This document shows positions 51,021 through 63,000 of a stretch of 64,000 bases of DNA, piece by piece. The notes under the pieces are model-generated. The model saw nothing but the letters and a program-made list of their open reading frames with translations, ran no database searches and was not told where the DNA came from. Source of the stretch: a virus; IMG/VR virus record IMGVR_UViG_3300036852_000134, positions 18,865 to 82,864 of that record, one strand, 5' to 3'. The position numbers and the translations under genes were made by a program. Every line of letters begins with the position of its first letter. Within the stretch, counting starts at the first letter, position 1.

Positions 51021-54000
51021 TCATCGCGGTTCTTGCGTCGTGCCTGGCGGCAAAACTATCGACGGCATGGTGGTTGGATCATCCGGCCGGCGATAGGTTG
51101 GACTTCTGCGATCCCTGAATTTCCTATCCCAAGCCCCTTGCAACCCTAGCATATTCTCTTGCTGGATCATAGCAACAACGCGCCCTTGTATTTCTATCCA
51201 CCTAGCGCGGTCCTGTTGATAATCGCCTATCGGAGCTTCCGTGACATCGTCTTCCAGCCTGTTGCGTGAGAAGCGGCGCAGCAACTCTTCGTACAGGCCA
51301 CTGTGAGACGCCTGGAGTTCACGGTAGAGCGCTGCTGGATCGCGAACGGGACGCCCAGCCCAACCTGGAACGCCCGTGTCGCGCAGGGCATTGTACATCT
51401 CAATGGCGGTGATGCGCTGCATGAGGTTCTCGACCTGAGTGCGAAGCGCAGGCGAGAGAGCGATGGGAGTGCCCCGCGTTCCTGCGTCCATGCTGATTAC
51501 GCCTTGTCCTGCCATCTCGCGCCGCAACTGGAACAGGACGCGGTCGATTTGCTGGGCTCGGTTCAGGGGGTGATGGATGCGATCCCTGGTCGGGAAGTGC
51601 TGCATCAAAACAGAGTAGATGGTCCGGTCCGGCGACAAACCAACAAGGTAAGTGCGCAATGCATCGGCGTTCGCGCCATCACGCATGAGCTGATTATAGC
51701 CCGCAGCAGCCTGAACGTATGGGCTTTGGCCATCTCTCATCAGGCGCCTGACTTCGAGGATAGACTCTGTGCTGCGGTACGGGTCCCAGGTGAAGCGATT
51801 TACCATCGGGCCTATGATCGGCACCTCCCGCCAGTCGTCGGTTCTCGGTCCGCGGCCCAAGTAGTTGGAGAAGAGTTGCACCTCACGACCCCAATAGCCG
51901 AGCTGGGAGTTGAGCGCGTAGTCGATGACAACCGGGGAGGCCTGTATGCCTATTCCGTTCAGCGCCTCTGCCCACTGCCTCGCGAACTCAGATGAGAACG
52001 GGGTATGACGCATGTAGGGCGGCAGTTCACGCAAACCGAACGGAGTGAGTGGGCGCCCCGTTCTTGCATCCACGCCATACCGCAGCGCTTCCCAATCCCG
52101 TAGAACTTGCGGTGTAAGCGGAGGCGTATGAGTAGCGACGATACCGTCTCTGATCTTCTCGGCTGCGCGCGGGTCCCCACGACGCACTAGATCCATCAGA
52201 GCCTCGGTGATGATCGCCGGCATGCCGAACTCGAACCGCTTCAGCCTGACCCATACTCCGAACATCTTGAACACCCAATGAGTGTTCTTCACCTCTCTGT
52301 TGTTGTCGGCGTATTCCTCCGGATCGTCACCGCCACCGTTTAGCATGGAGATCGACGCTCCCATCGCTGCGACGATCGACAGGATGACCCAGGAACGAAT
52401 GCCGCGTCGCATGGTCCGCTCGTCCGCCTTGGAGTACATGCTCTCAAACTCAGTCGGCCCAGGATTGCCGCGACGGCGAAGCATATGGCGGCCCCACATC
52501 TTCAGGGCTTCAATGTCGGTCTTGCCCATCGTCCAGCGTCCGACGGCTGCACCAGTGAGGGCGCCAGCACCCATCGCCCAACCGACCGGACCACCTAAGA
52601 CGGCAGTCGCAGCAGCCGCACCGCCAGCGCCCAACAGCCCGCCTTCAAGCATGGGGATCTGGATAATCCTGCCGCGGTCGCCTTCCACCATCCACGTCTG
52701 CCGGTAAGCCTTAGAGATAGCCTGCACGTTCCCGTTGAAAAAAGCCGTCATCCGCATAATGGCACCTGTCAGGAACCCGCGCCGGTCAAACGGCAGCACA
52801 TCGTTGGCCGTGAACACACCCTCGCGCATGGCGTCAATCAAAGGAAGGTTGGGGTCATATTGCAGAGCGCGGCGCGTGGCGTAGCTAGGAGTGCCTAGAG
52901 CCTGCCTAGTGATGTAATCGGCAACGCCGCGCCGCCCTGCGGTCTCGGTGAACTCTGAGACCTTGGCAAACACGGCTTCGGCGCCGGCTCCGAACAGAAG
53001 GCGCCCAGCCATCATGCCACCGGAGAAGCCGAGCGTGGCGCCCACAACGGGGCCGACAGCTGGCGCTGCGACTACGCCACCAAGACCGCCAGAGAGAGCG
53101 CCGACTGTGCCGCCGATGGCCTTACCAAGACCACGACCGATCCGAGTCGAAAGCGCCTTGTCCGCCTCCTTCAACTGCTGGATGGAGAACATCAGGTCCG
53201 CTCTGATAGCGTGGAGCTCGGCCATGCGGACAGCAAAGTCAGGCGACTTGCGATCGAGCGCCTTCATCCTGCGACGTGCAGTTTTCAGCTGGCCCTCAAG
53301 TCGCGCGATGCTTTCGTCCCCCCGCAGATGGCGTGCCAAGCGCTCGCCGATGGCGCCGCCAATCGAGGCGCCTGCTGCACCACCAAGGGAACCGCCGACC
53401 AAGCCTCCAACAACGGGACCGGCGACTGTGCCGAGCGTGGCGCCAGCGGCAGCACCACCAAGAGACGTTCCGGTTCCTGCCACAGCGCGGATGTCAACGG
53501 TCTGGTAGCCCTTGTTGCGCAGGTCCGAGAGGTCGAGGTTGCGTCGGTTGCCGCTACGTTCGGCAATTGACGCCGTCAACTGGCCGCCGCCGATCAGGCC
53601 AAGCCTGTCCTGCATCTGTGCCACGTCGGACGGCTTGATGCCGAACATCTGCATGAACGCGCGAAACTTCGGATAGCTAGACAGTTCGTGCCAGGCGCCG
53701 CGAGCATGCGTGATGATGGGTGGCGCTCCGGTCAACCACCAGGACATCTGCATGTCGCCAGCGACGTTCCCTAGCATGTAGGCTGGATGCAGGATGACGC
53801 CAGCGCGTAGAACCGCCGCAGGAGCGGCAACCATCTCGACGAGAGCCCCGCTCATGCCACGGCCGAGTGTGTTCATGGCCGCGAGCAGGCGGCGGCCATT
53901 CTCCACGTCGTTGAAGCGGACCAGTTTGCGCTCTCCCTTCTCGAAGAAGGGGAGCAAGATGGCGCCCTTACCTTTGTGTGTCGGGTCGTAGAGGATGTGG

Positions 54001-57000
54001 AGCTCGTTGTCCTGGATGTCGCCTTCCATCTGAAGGGCCATAGCCCGAGCGTCCGCCTCGTCGTATCCAAGATTCTTGATGGCTACGGCGATCTTCTCGA
54101 TCGTGCGCTCATTGAGCGGAAGCGTCTCCTCCTTGGTGATGCGCTCGACCACCTGTCCACCGCCTGGACCTGCGGTGTCGGACAGATTGGCGAATGCCCT
54201 GACCATGTCGTTGCGCTGAATAACCTCGGCAGTCGCATAGGCATCTCGCGCCATAGTGGCGAGCACGTTGACCACGGGGCGCTGAGAGCCCTTGATCTGC
54301 TTGAAACCCCCGAAGGTCCCAAGAGCTGAAACGCCGGGCGGAACAAAGGCACCTTCCTCCGCATCAAACTTGCGGTTGAACGGCGAGTAGAACTCGCGCC
54401 GCTTGGAGTACCTCTGGAACGCCTCATCGGTCATGAGACCGGCCTGCCACTTGAGCGTCAGCAGCCGGTGCAACCACTCACGTGCCATCTGCGACCCGCG
54501 CCTGTATCGCGGGTTGGCCTGCTCGATATCCTGGATCGCCTGCCAGTATTCCGCGAACGGCGTCATGCTGGGCTCGGACTCAAGCGAGGGCGCGCTGTCG
54601 AGCGTGGCCAGCATCTGTGCGATGTCCGGCGAGTTGTAGTATTGGTTGACTAGGGCAGCCCACTGCGCTGCCTCTGGCTTGTTGTGCCGCTTCGCCCACA
54701 GCGCCCAATAGACAATGCCGGTCTGCGCCTCAATGTACCCGCCGAAGCGGTCTAGGTTCTTCTCGGACCACTGGAAGTAACCGGTCCCCCCCATCGCCTC
54801 TTGGATAGCATCGGTCAGGGGCGGACCGCTTGGCGTCAACGAACCGTAGTCCGTCACGCCGTTGACAACCAACTCATGCCCGATTTTGAACGCCTGCGGG
54901 AACATGCGGAAGTGGTAGTGGGGGAGGTCATGTTTCCTGAAGGTGATCGGCCGACCATCGGCGCCGCGGATGTTGTTATCAAACATGATCTGCTGCAGAT
55001 GCTGCTGCATCTTCAGCGCAGGATTGGTGAGGTCCATGACATTGTAGGAGAGCGTGCCTAGCCACTGCTCAACTACCTCGCGCTTGTCGCGAACCTCGTA
55101 GAACTCCTGGATCTGCTGCAGGGTGGTCGGGTCTCTGGTGGACGCAACGTTAGCCGTCAGCCGCTCTGTAGCCGTGGCGAGGCGATACGCCTTGTAGTTC
55201 GCCGACACCACCTCCAGCTGCACCCTCTCCAGATCCTGGAGCATGGCGGGATCTTGGGCGTCGAGGAACTCCTCGAAGCCGACGAATACTCCTGGCATCT
55301 CCCGCTTTACGGTGTCGGGATCGGTGATGTAGCGGCGGAAGAATTCGGCGAAGGCTTGGGAGAGCTGTGCCGGTGGGACGGTGGGTGCCGTCCGAGGCGC
55401 TGGCGTTCCCGTGGGCGAGTAGCGAGCCTGCACGTAGGCCGCGAGACCTGCGGGATCGGCAGGCGCTGCGGTAGAGCCGAGCGGCTGCGTGCCGATGATG
55501 TCGCCGATCAAGGCCTGTGCGACCGTCCGTCCCAGTCGGCGCTCCAGCGTGCGGCTGGCGATGGCGGCTCTTGCAGCGTTGTCGTAGTTCTGGACGGCCT
55601 GCCAGGCTCTGGTGGCTTCTGCGGCCTCTACGAGGGTGCGCTGGGTGTCGGCGTCGAGATCGACGCCTGAGTAGCCGGTGGGGGCGATCTGCGGCAGCGG
55701 CGTGTCGGGAACCGGGGGAACACCCAACTCCTCGGCGTGCTGCTGGAGGAACGCCTGCATGGGGGCGCCGAAGACGCGCTCGATGTGGTTGCCGCCTGCA
55801 CGGGCGATGGCGTCGATGTCGGTGGCGATCCTGACGCGGGCGACGCCGGCATTGGCGTCGTACTGGCTGCGCACCGAACGCTGAGGACGGAAGCCCCACG
55901 TCCTTCCACCCGCCCTGTCCCTCACCCTCATGCCGTAGAGGCCCTGGGTGGTGGTCATACCAAGAGCCGACTTCAAGTCGGAGATGATGTCGGCTAGGCC
56001 CCTTACCTCGCCTTGAGAGGCGGGCGTGGTGGGGAGCATCGGGGCGCCTGACCCAGGTGGCGGATTGCCTGGAGGAGGCTGTCCCTGGAAGGAGGCGAGC
56101 AATACGGGGGAGCCTTCCTGGGAAGGATCGAAGGCGGCATCGACCGAGCGTATATTGGCGGGGTCGAAGACGATTGCGAGGTCACCTTCGATATACCCAT
56201 CGAAGCCTCGGCGCGTCAGTTCGGCATTTACATCCCTACTGGAGACGTAGCCGACACCTCTTTGAGACTTCAAATCTGCCTCAGCTTGGTCATTGTCGGC
56301 TGGCGTCGCAAGGCGCTTTGTGCGAATATACAGAGGCATAACAGAAGGTTCACCGCCAGCACGCGCGGAGATACCAGCATAGCGTGAAGCTTCAGCCAAG
56401 TCCGTGGTCATGTAGATGCCGGAAGATCCCAATCCCGGCTTGAATTGGTCGAACGCAGCCGCCGTCCCGTGGTACCACACCCTACTCGTATCGAACCCCA
56501 TTTCCTCGGCTCTAGCCTTCCTGGCTTCTGGGGACATGTCGAGGGGAGGCGTGGAAGAGAAGGAGGCGAGAGTTTGCCCCGGTAGCTGCCTCGGCTTCGG
56601 CGCCAGCGCCGCCTTGAGCGCGTCCACCATGAACTGCGCATCTTCGGGGTCGGAGAAGCGGGCGCGGTAGGCATTGACCGCCTCCGCCGTGATAGCCTTG
56701 GAGTCGAGCCCGTGGTCCTCGATCACGGCTGCCGCCTTGCGCATGACAGCGAGGGCGACGTTGGCGCGAGTGTCCACGTATCCATGTGGCAACGGGAGAT
56801 CGGAAAGGTAGCGCTGGATAATGGCCGCCACTTCCTGGGGATGATCCTCCATGTCTCGGAACGTGCGGGCGAGGCCATCCAGCGCGGAAGCATCCTCGTA
56901 GGAACCCTCGACGTTGGCGACTGCCTCGGCCGCCAGCGCCTCACGCTCGACATCGAGCGCATCAGCCCGCGCCCCGGTTGCTCTCTCGGCCTCCCGGAAT

Positions 57001-60000
57001 AGGCGCTGGAAGCGCTCCGCCTTGGCCCTGTCCCCGCCGAAGGACTGGACGAGATCATCGAATTCGCGGGCGCGCACATCGGCTGCGGCTTGCGCAAGCT
57101 CTGCCCCGGTTGGCGGGTCGATCTCACCTTGTGCCAGCCGCGCGATGGCGCCTTCCTCGTGGAAGGCAGGCGGCATCCGGCCTTGGAAACCTTGACCAGA
57201 GACCGACGTCAGCGAGTACCTCTCCTCCCTCCTTGCCTCTGTGAAGGCTTCTTGAGGGATGGAGGACTTTAGACGGGAGAGATGGGAAAGGGCGGAGGAG
57301 AGACGCGGGTCCGCGTTTTCTGAGGGTAAGGCGGGCTTGCCAGACTCCAATTCGTCGGTGACGAAAACATCGACGCGATGCGGCTTGCCGTCGACATCAA
57401 GCGACTTGATGCCATCAAAATGAGCAGTTAGTCGATCCCACACTTCTACCAGGGCGGGACCCTGCAAGTTTGTGTCGAAGCGAACAACAAAGTCGTAGTC
57501 GCTCGCCTCCTGGCGCGGTTTCCCAGCGGCGCGGCTGCCGACGAAGTACACATCGTCAATGCGGAACTGGTCGCCAACACTGCTGTTGGCCACGATGTCA
57601 CGCGCTTCGCGGAGTAGGCGCTTCTGAAACTCCGCCACGGCGCCAGTAGAGACCGCCTCCGCAAGCACCGCCTCCGCGAATTCCACCGCCCGTGGCGAAG
57701 CCCACATCCCCCCGAACATTTCACCGGCATTGACGTGGAATTTCACCCGATCAGGTGCAACTTGCAGCCAATACTGGTATCCTTGCGGAGTGAGCCAGCC
57801 CTTGTGGGAGAGAGGCTTGCCAAGATCGTTGGCCTCGATTGCGGCGACGATTGCAGGGATGCTGGAAGCGTCTTCCGCACGGAAGAAGGTCAGCTCCCAG
57901 GAGCCGTCTGGCTGCTCGGAGACGATGAGGGAGGTGGATGGAGCAGAGCGGGCGGATGCAGCCAAGATTTCAGGCAAGTCCATTGAGTCAAGAAGCGGAA
58001 CCGCACGCTGATACGCGAAACGTGGAAGTGCACCCGCGGCGTCGGCTAATTGGAAAGCCTCTCGGCGCTCAACAAATCGACCAGCGCTTGTTGTGAAGCC
58101 ACTATCATACTCATCGGCAATGATGGCGTCCGTGCCTGCTTCGTTGTTCTCTTGTTCAAACACCCTGGAGGCGGCCATAGCGATGTCCGCGTGCGCCTCG
58201 CCGTCCTCAAATATCCGACGGTCGTGACCACGCATACGGATGGCGGCGCGCACAGGAATCTCCGTCGCCGCTGCCGGCTCCAACGCCGAAACCTTCGCCT
58301 CCCTGGCTTCGGCCACACCATACGTCCTCAGCCTCTCCCCGCCTTCCTTTACCTTCTCCGTTACGGTTCCATCGAAGCCGGGGAGGGAGAAGGGGCGGGA
58401 CTCGGGGGAGGGGCGGTCGGAGAACGAGGCAAGGTCTGTTCCCCGAACCCGCTTCACAACGTTCTCGGCTGCCTTCCTAAGAGGTTCAGCATATTGAGCG
58501 GCTACCGTCCCAGCGATCTGTTGCGCCAAGATCGCTGGATTGTCGTAGATGTAGTTCGGCGCTTCGCTTGCAATGGCATTTGCTGCACTGGAGACGTTCT
58601 GCGCTGCCTGAGAGGTGAGAACACGGCGGATCGTGTCCGTGATGTCAGATAACGCCGCAAGATCAGTCCCGCCCTGGAAACTCCTAATAGCCGGGAACAG
58701 CCCTCGTGCCTCCTGCCCTTCCTCTGAGTTGAGGTGGGCTTGTGATGGAGATGGCGGGTTTGGGAAGGGGTCGAAGGTGGGCTCGCGGCGGCCGGCACGG
58801 CTGGCGGTCTCACCTGAAGCCATGCTGCGGAACACATCGTTGTAAGTCTGGAAGCCCAAGCCGTTCAGCGCGTTCCTGATCGCCTCAAAGAACTTGACGA
58901 TGCGCTCGAACCAGGAGTCGATCTTCGTGCCGAAGGAGGTTCCATCCGCCCACAGCTCCGCCAGCCTCGCAACCCGCTCCTGATCGATCAGTTCCTCAAC
59001 GCGCTGGTTGATGTTCCCGGTGAAGCCGGTCTCACGCATCATCTGGCGGTAAACCTGCCGATAGATGGGAACGCCAGGGATCACCTTTCCGGTCGAGTGG
59101 TTGAAGACTGTGATCTGGCTGTCGATGCCGATTTTCTTTGCGCGCTCGACAACAACCTGCCACTCTTGCGGGGTAAGCAGAGTGCCATAGGCGCCGCCGG
59201 GAAGGCGGCCATGTTCGCGTAGGGCGTGGACAACCTCATGAAACCCTTTGACCAACATCGTGCGGTAGGACGTGGCGCCGGCATCGGTGTTCAACGCGAC
59301 CTGGAGAACTCGGTCGAAGACCCGCGATTTACCCTCGGTGAAACCGAAGTTCGCGTAAGCCGACCGCCCTCCGATGTCGATGCGGTCAACAACCCGGACG
59401 GCAATTTCAGGTGGGAGCATTTTACGTGCCCACCGCTCCAGGTGGGCCACGAACTCGGGGAGCCTAGCCGCGAACGCCTCGGTGTATGGGGGCGGATTCT
59501 GGCCTTCTTCAAGCGCCGCCATAACGACGGTCTGCCATGAGTCCTCAACCGTCTCCTGTCGCCCCTTGGCGCCAGAGACACGGAAGCCCTCGAAGCGAAT
59601 GACCGTAGGATGCTCCCGCCTGAACTCTTCCCTCAAGGCTCTGATATCCGAGAGAGACAGCCGCTCTCCTGGGTTGACCTTGATGTAGTTGATATATGCG
59701 GTGTCGTCGGGCGCGCTGGTGCTTTCGACTGCGAAGTCAACGTAGCCGATCTGCTTGCCGCCGCGCTCGATTGCCATCAAGGTGCCGCGGCCGGGCTCGC
59801 TGGCCTTCGGCAGCTGCTCATTGGGGCGGAAGTATCGCAGCGTAGGCGCTTCTCTCCCGTCTTCCGGACCTAACCGGGACCGCTGGGTGCTAAGCGCAAA
59901 AAGCGCCAAGCCCTCCCTCTGGACCTGCTCCCTCACCTTGTCTGTTATGGGGAATACGGTGAAGCCGGAACCCAGGTCTCGCCCATCGACTGGCGACTGG

Positions 60001-63000
60001 ACGTGATCCACCTTCTTCGGCTTGATGGAGGCGTCCATGCCCTTGAGGATCTTGGCAAGCGTCAACGGCGCGATCTTGTCGTAGAACTCCTCGTTGCCTT
60101 CCTCGGAGCCTTGCGGGTTGTAGGAGAGGACGGTGGCCCCTGAAGGGATGGAGATGGAGTCAGCGCCTGAGGCGATAGCCTGACGGATGACGTGCTTCAA
60201 CGTGAAGGTGAGCCAGGCGTCGGTGGTGTTGACGAAGGGATGGGATGGGGTGGCGGCCTGCGCGGTGCGAAGTTCGGCATGAAGAATAAAAGCATCGTTG
60301 TTCAGTGCCGCCCACTTCTTGCCGATCGGATCGCCCCTGTTCGACAGTGCGCGCAACCGATCCTGGGCATCCTCAACGCTCTGCTTGGCGCGATCACCAT
60401 CCGGCAGCGAAGCCATGTACTCATTGCGCGCTGCGAGTTGCGCGTCGTTCGCCTTCTGCCATTTATCTTGCAGTTCCTGTATCTTCCTCTCATCCCGTGC
60501 CCCTGCCGGTATCTCTCCTCTCTGCCTTGCAGAGGAGATGGCGGCGGAGACTTCGGACTTGAGATCTGCGGGCAGGTCGCGGTAACGCTTGGTCTTGGCA
60601 CCTAGCGCAATCGCTTCCAGGTCAAGCTGCGCCGGGAGACTATTTCTTTGATCGTCTAGAAACCCGACCGCTTTGGCGCTCAGTGCCTCCGGCGTCATGC
60701 CGGCACGTTGCCGTATCCTTGGATGCCATGCGTTCTGCGACACGTAGTTGAGCGTGCGCGCCACAACATCTGGGTTCGCATCCTCATCGCGTGCCAGACC
60801 CATTTCCGGACCCAGCGACCGCAGCCAAGTGAGCGGCTCGCCCATGAGATAAGCGTCACGATCCTGGACGGCGGCCTTGTGCCGCTCTTTCAGATTCGCA
60901 ATCCGCGTCTGCGTCTCAGGCTTGGACGGATCGAATAGGGACGTTGCCACCGCATCCCTAGACCGCTTCAGGATCTCCTGTCCCCAGTCGGACTGGACCT
61001 GAGATACCGCAAAGGTGGTCTCATCCCCCAGCTTGTTGAGGGAGGACATGATGTTGGAGATGACGTTGGGCTCGGGGAAGTGGCCGGAGCGGAACATGCC
61101 AACACCTTCGGCCTCTTCAATGCCGCGATCCTGCAGCGCCTCAAGCCTTGCGCGCTCCTCAGCGTTGACGTAGTTGCCCCAGCCACCTCCTGGCGGAATA
61201 TTGTACTTGCGCTTCAGGGATTCGAGGTACTGCTCATAGGTCTGAGTGACCGTCGGCAGGTGCAGCACCGTCTCCCGGTACGTCGGGTTCCCATCGTCCT
61301 TGGCGAGGGAGTGGGAGGACCATTTGGCGGGGCCTTTAGCGTCGTCAGGGACCGTCGGCAATAACCCACGAGCGTCGCGTTCTCCTCGCAAGATGGTGTC
61401 AGGGTCGCCGCCGTATCGCGCCTCCCTCACCTCCACCCTGTTCTCTCTCAGGAAGGAGACGAGATCGTCTCTGGAGACGAACGCTTCCGCGCTTACGAGA
61501 CGCGAGCGGCCACCCGGTCGATACTCCACAATGGACGCGCGAATCTCTGTCGCGCCAGCGTCTATCGCCTTCCGCGTTCTGTGCGCGCCATCGAGGACCT
61601 CCAACTTGTCCTGCCCCGGCATCCGGAGAAGGATCACTGGCGTCGCCGCATTGGCATCCGACGGTCGCAAACCATCGTCAACGGAGCTGTCCAGGTTTAT
61701 GGTGCTCACCGGGACAACATGGACCTGGTGCGGCTTTTCTAGCGCCTTCAGCGCCCGGTAGAACGCTTGCGCATCCGCGTCATTCTCATAGTTGATCGTT
61801 GCATTCGCTACAGTCTTGGAGTCGGAGGCGTCCTCTGGGCTATGCGAAAATTTGGGGACGGACTTGCTCTCAAGGAATTGCGTGAGGCCGAGCGCCTCAA
61901 TCTCGTTCTTTACTCCTGTACCAGCCTTGAGCAGATGCTGGAGAGCCTGTTCAGGAGTGCCCTTCTTCTGCGGCCAGGCCTTGGCGGCTTCGAGCGCCTT
62001 GGAGTGGTAGCCGAGGGCGTCGAACTCTACCGCCTGAGACTGCCCATCCGTTGTGGCAGACTGAAACGATGCGAGGCTTGCCCCGATGCTGGCGTCAACC
62101 GCCTGCCGCTCCAGAAACGCCCGGTGGTCTTCGGATCGCTTCGCGATGGAGGCGAACGCCGTGTCCTTCTTGGCGTTCTTCGCAACCGGCGTTCCTGCAA
62201 TGGCGGCAAGGTCGCGCACGTCGGCTGCCTTGAGGGACTTGTCCGCCTTCGCTCGGTCCAAGACAGCCGCATGCGATGGCAGGCCGAGACGGGACAGCAG
62301 TTCGGTAGCGTAGGCTCTAACTACCTCTGATACCTGCCTTCCCGTCTGCACCTCAAGGGCACGGATGGAGCCGTCAACACGATCCTGGGGGGAGACGGAG
62401 AGATCAGGGCCAGCCGGTGTGATTGGTGCTTGAGGCGTTCGGCGGTAGGCGCCGTCCTTGGTCTGGCGGAGGAGGCCTTCGTTCAGGGCTTCCTGCCGCA
62501 ATACTTCCATCTGCTCGGGCGTCGTTCCGAGACGTGCCTGTATCGTGCCCCAGTTGAGCGGGAAGCGTGAGGCTAGTACGCCTCGGAGCTGCTGTCGCTG
62601 GGCTGTGGTGGGCTCGGTGATGGGCTGGGCTGCTGGCTCTCCATCCCGAGCATCGCTGCGAGATTGCTCAGCCGTTCCTGCTCCTGCGGGTCCTGCTCGC
62701 TCGCTGCCCACGCCAGCAGGTCTTGCACCGCCTGTGCTCGCTGCTCCGGGCTCAGCCGTTGCTGTCGGGGCTGCGGCTGCTGGTCTGGCATCTGCGGTTG
62801 GGGCGGCGGCGCTGGCTCCTCGACCACCGGCATCGGCTGCGGCTGTAGCGCCTGCGGAGGCTCTGGCGGAAGCGGCTGGGGCGCCACCCGGCGCTGGCGC
62901 GGCTGCGGCTTGGCTTGGTCTGCTGGCGGCTGTGACGGCTTGCCCGGCAGTCGCGCCCGTGGCGCGCGCTTGTCGCTCTGCTTCGTAGGCTTCCCAGGCA

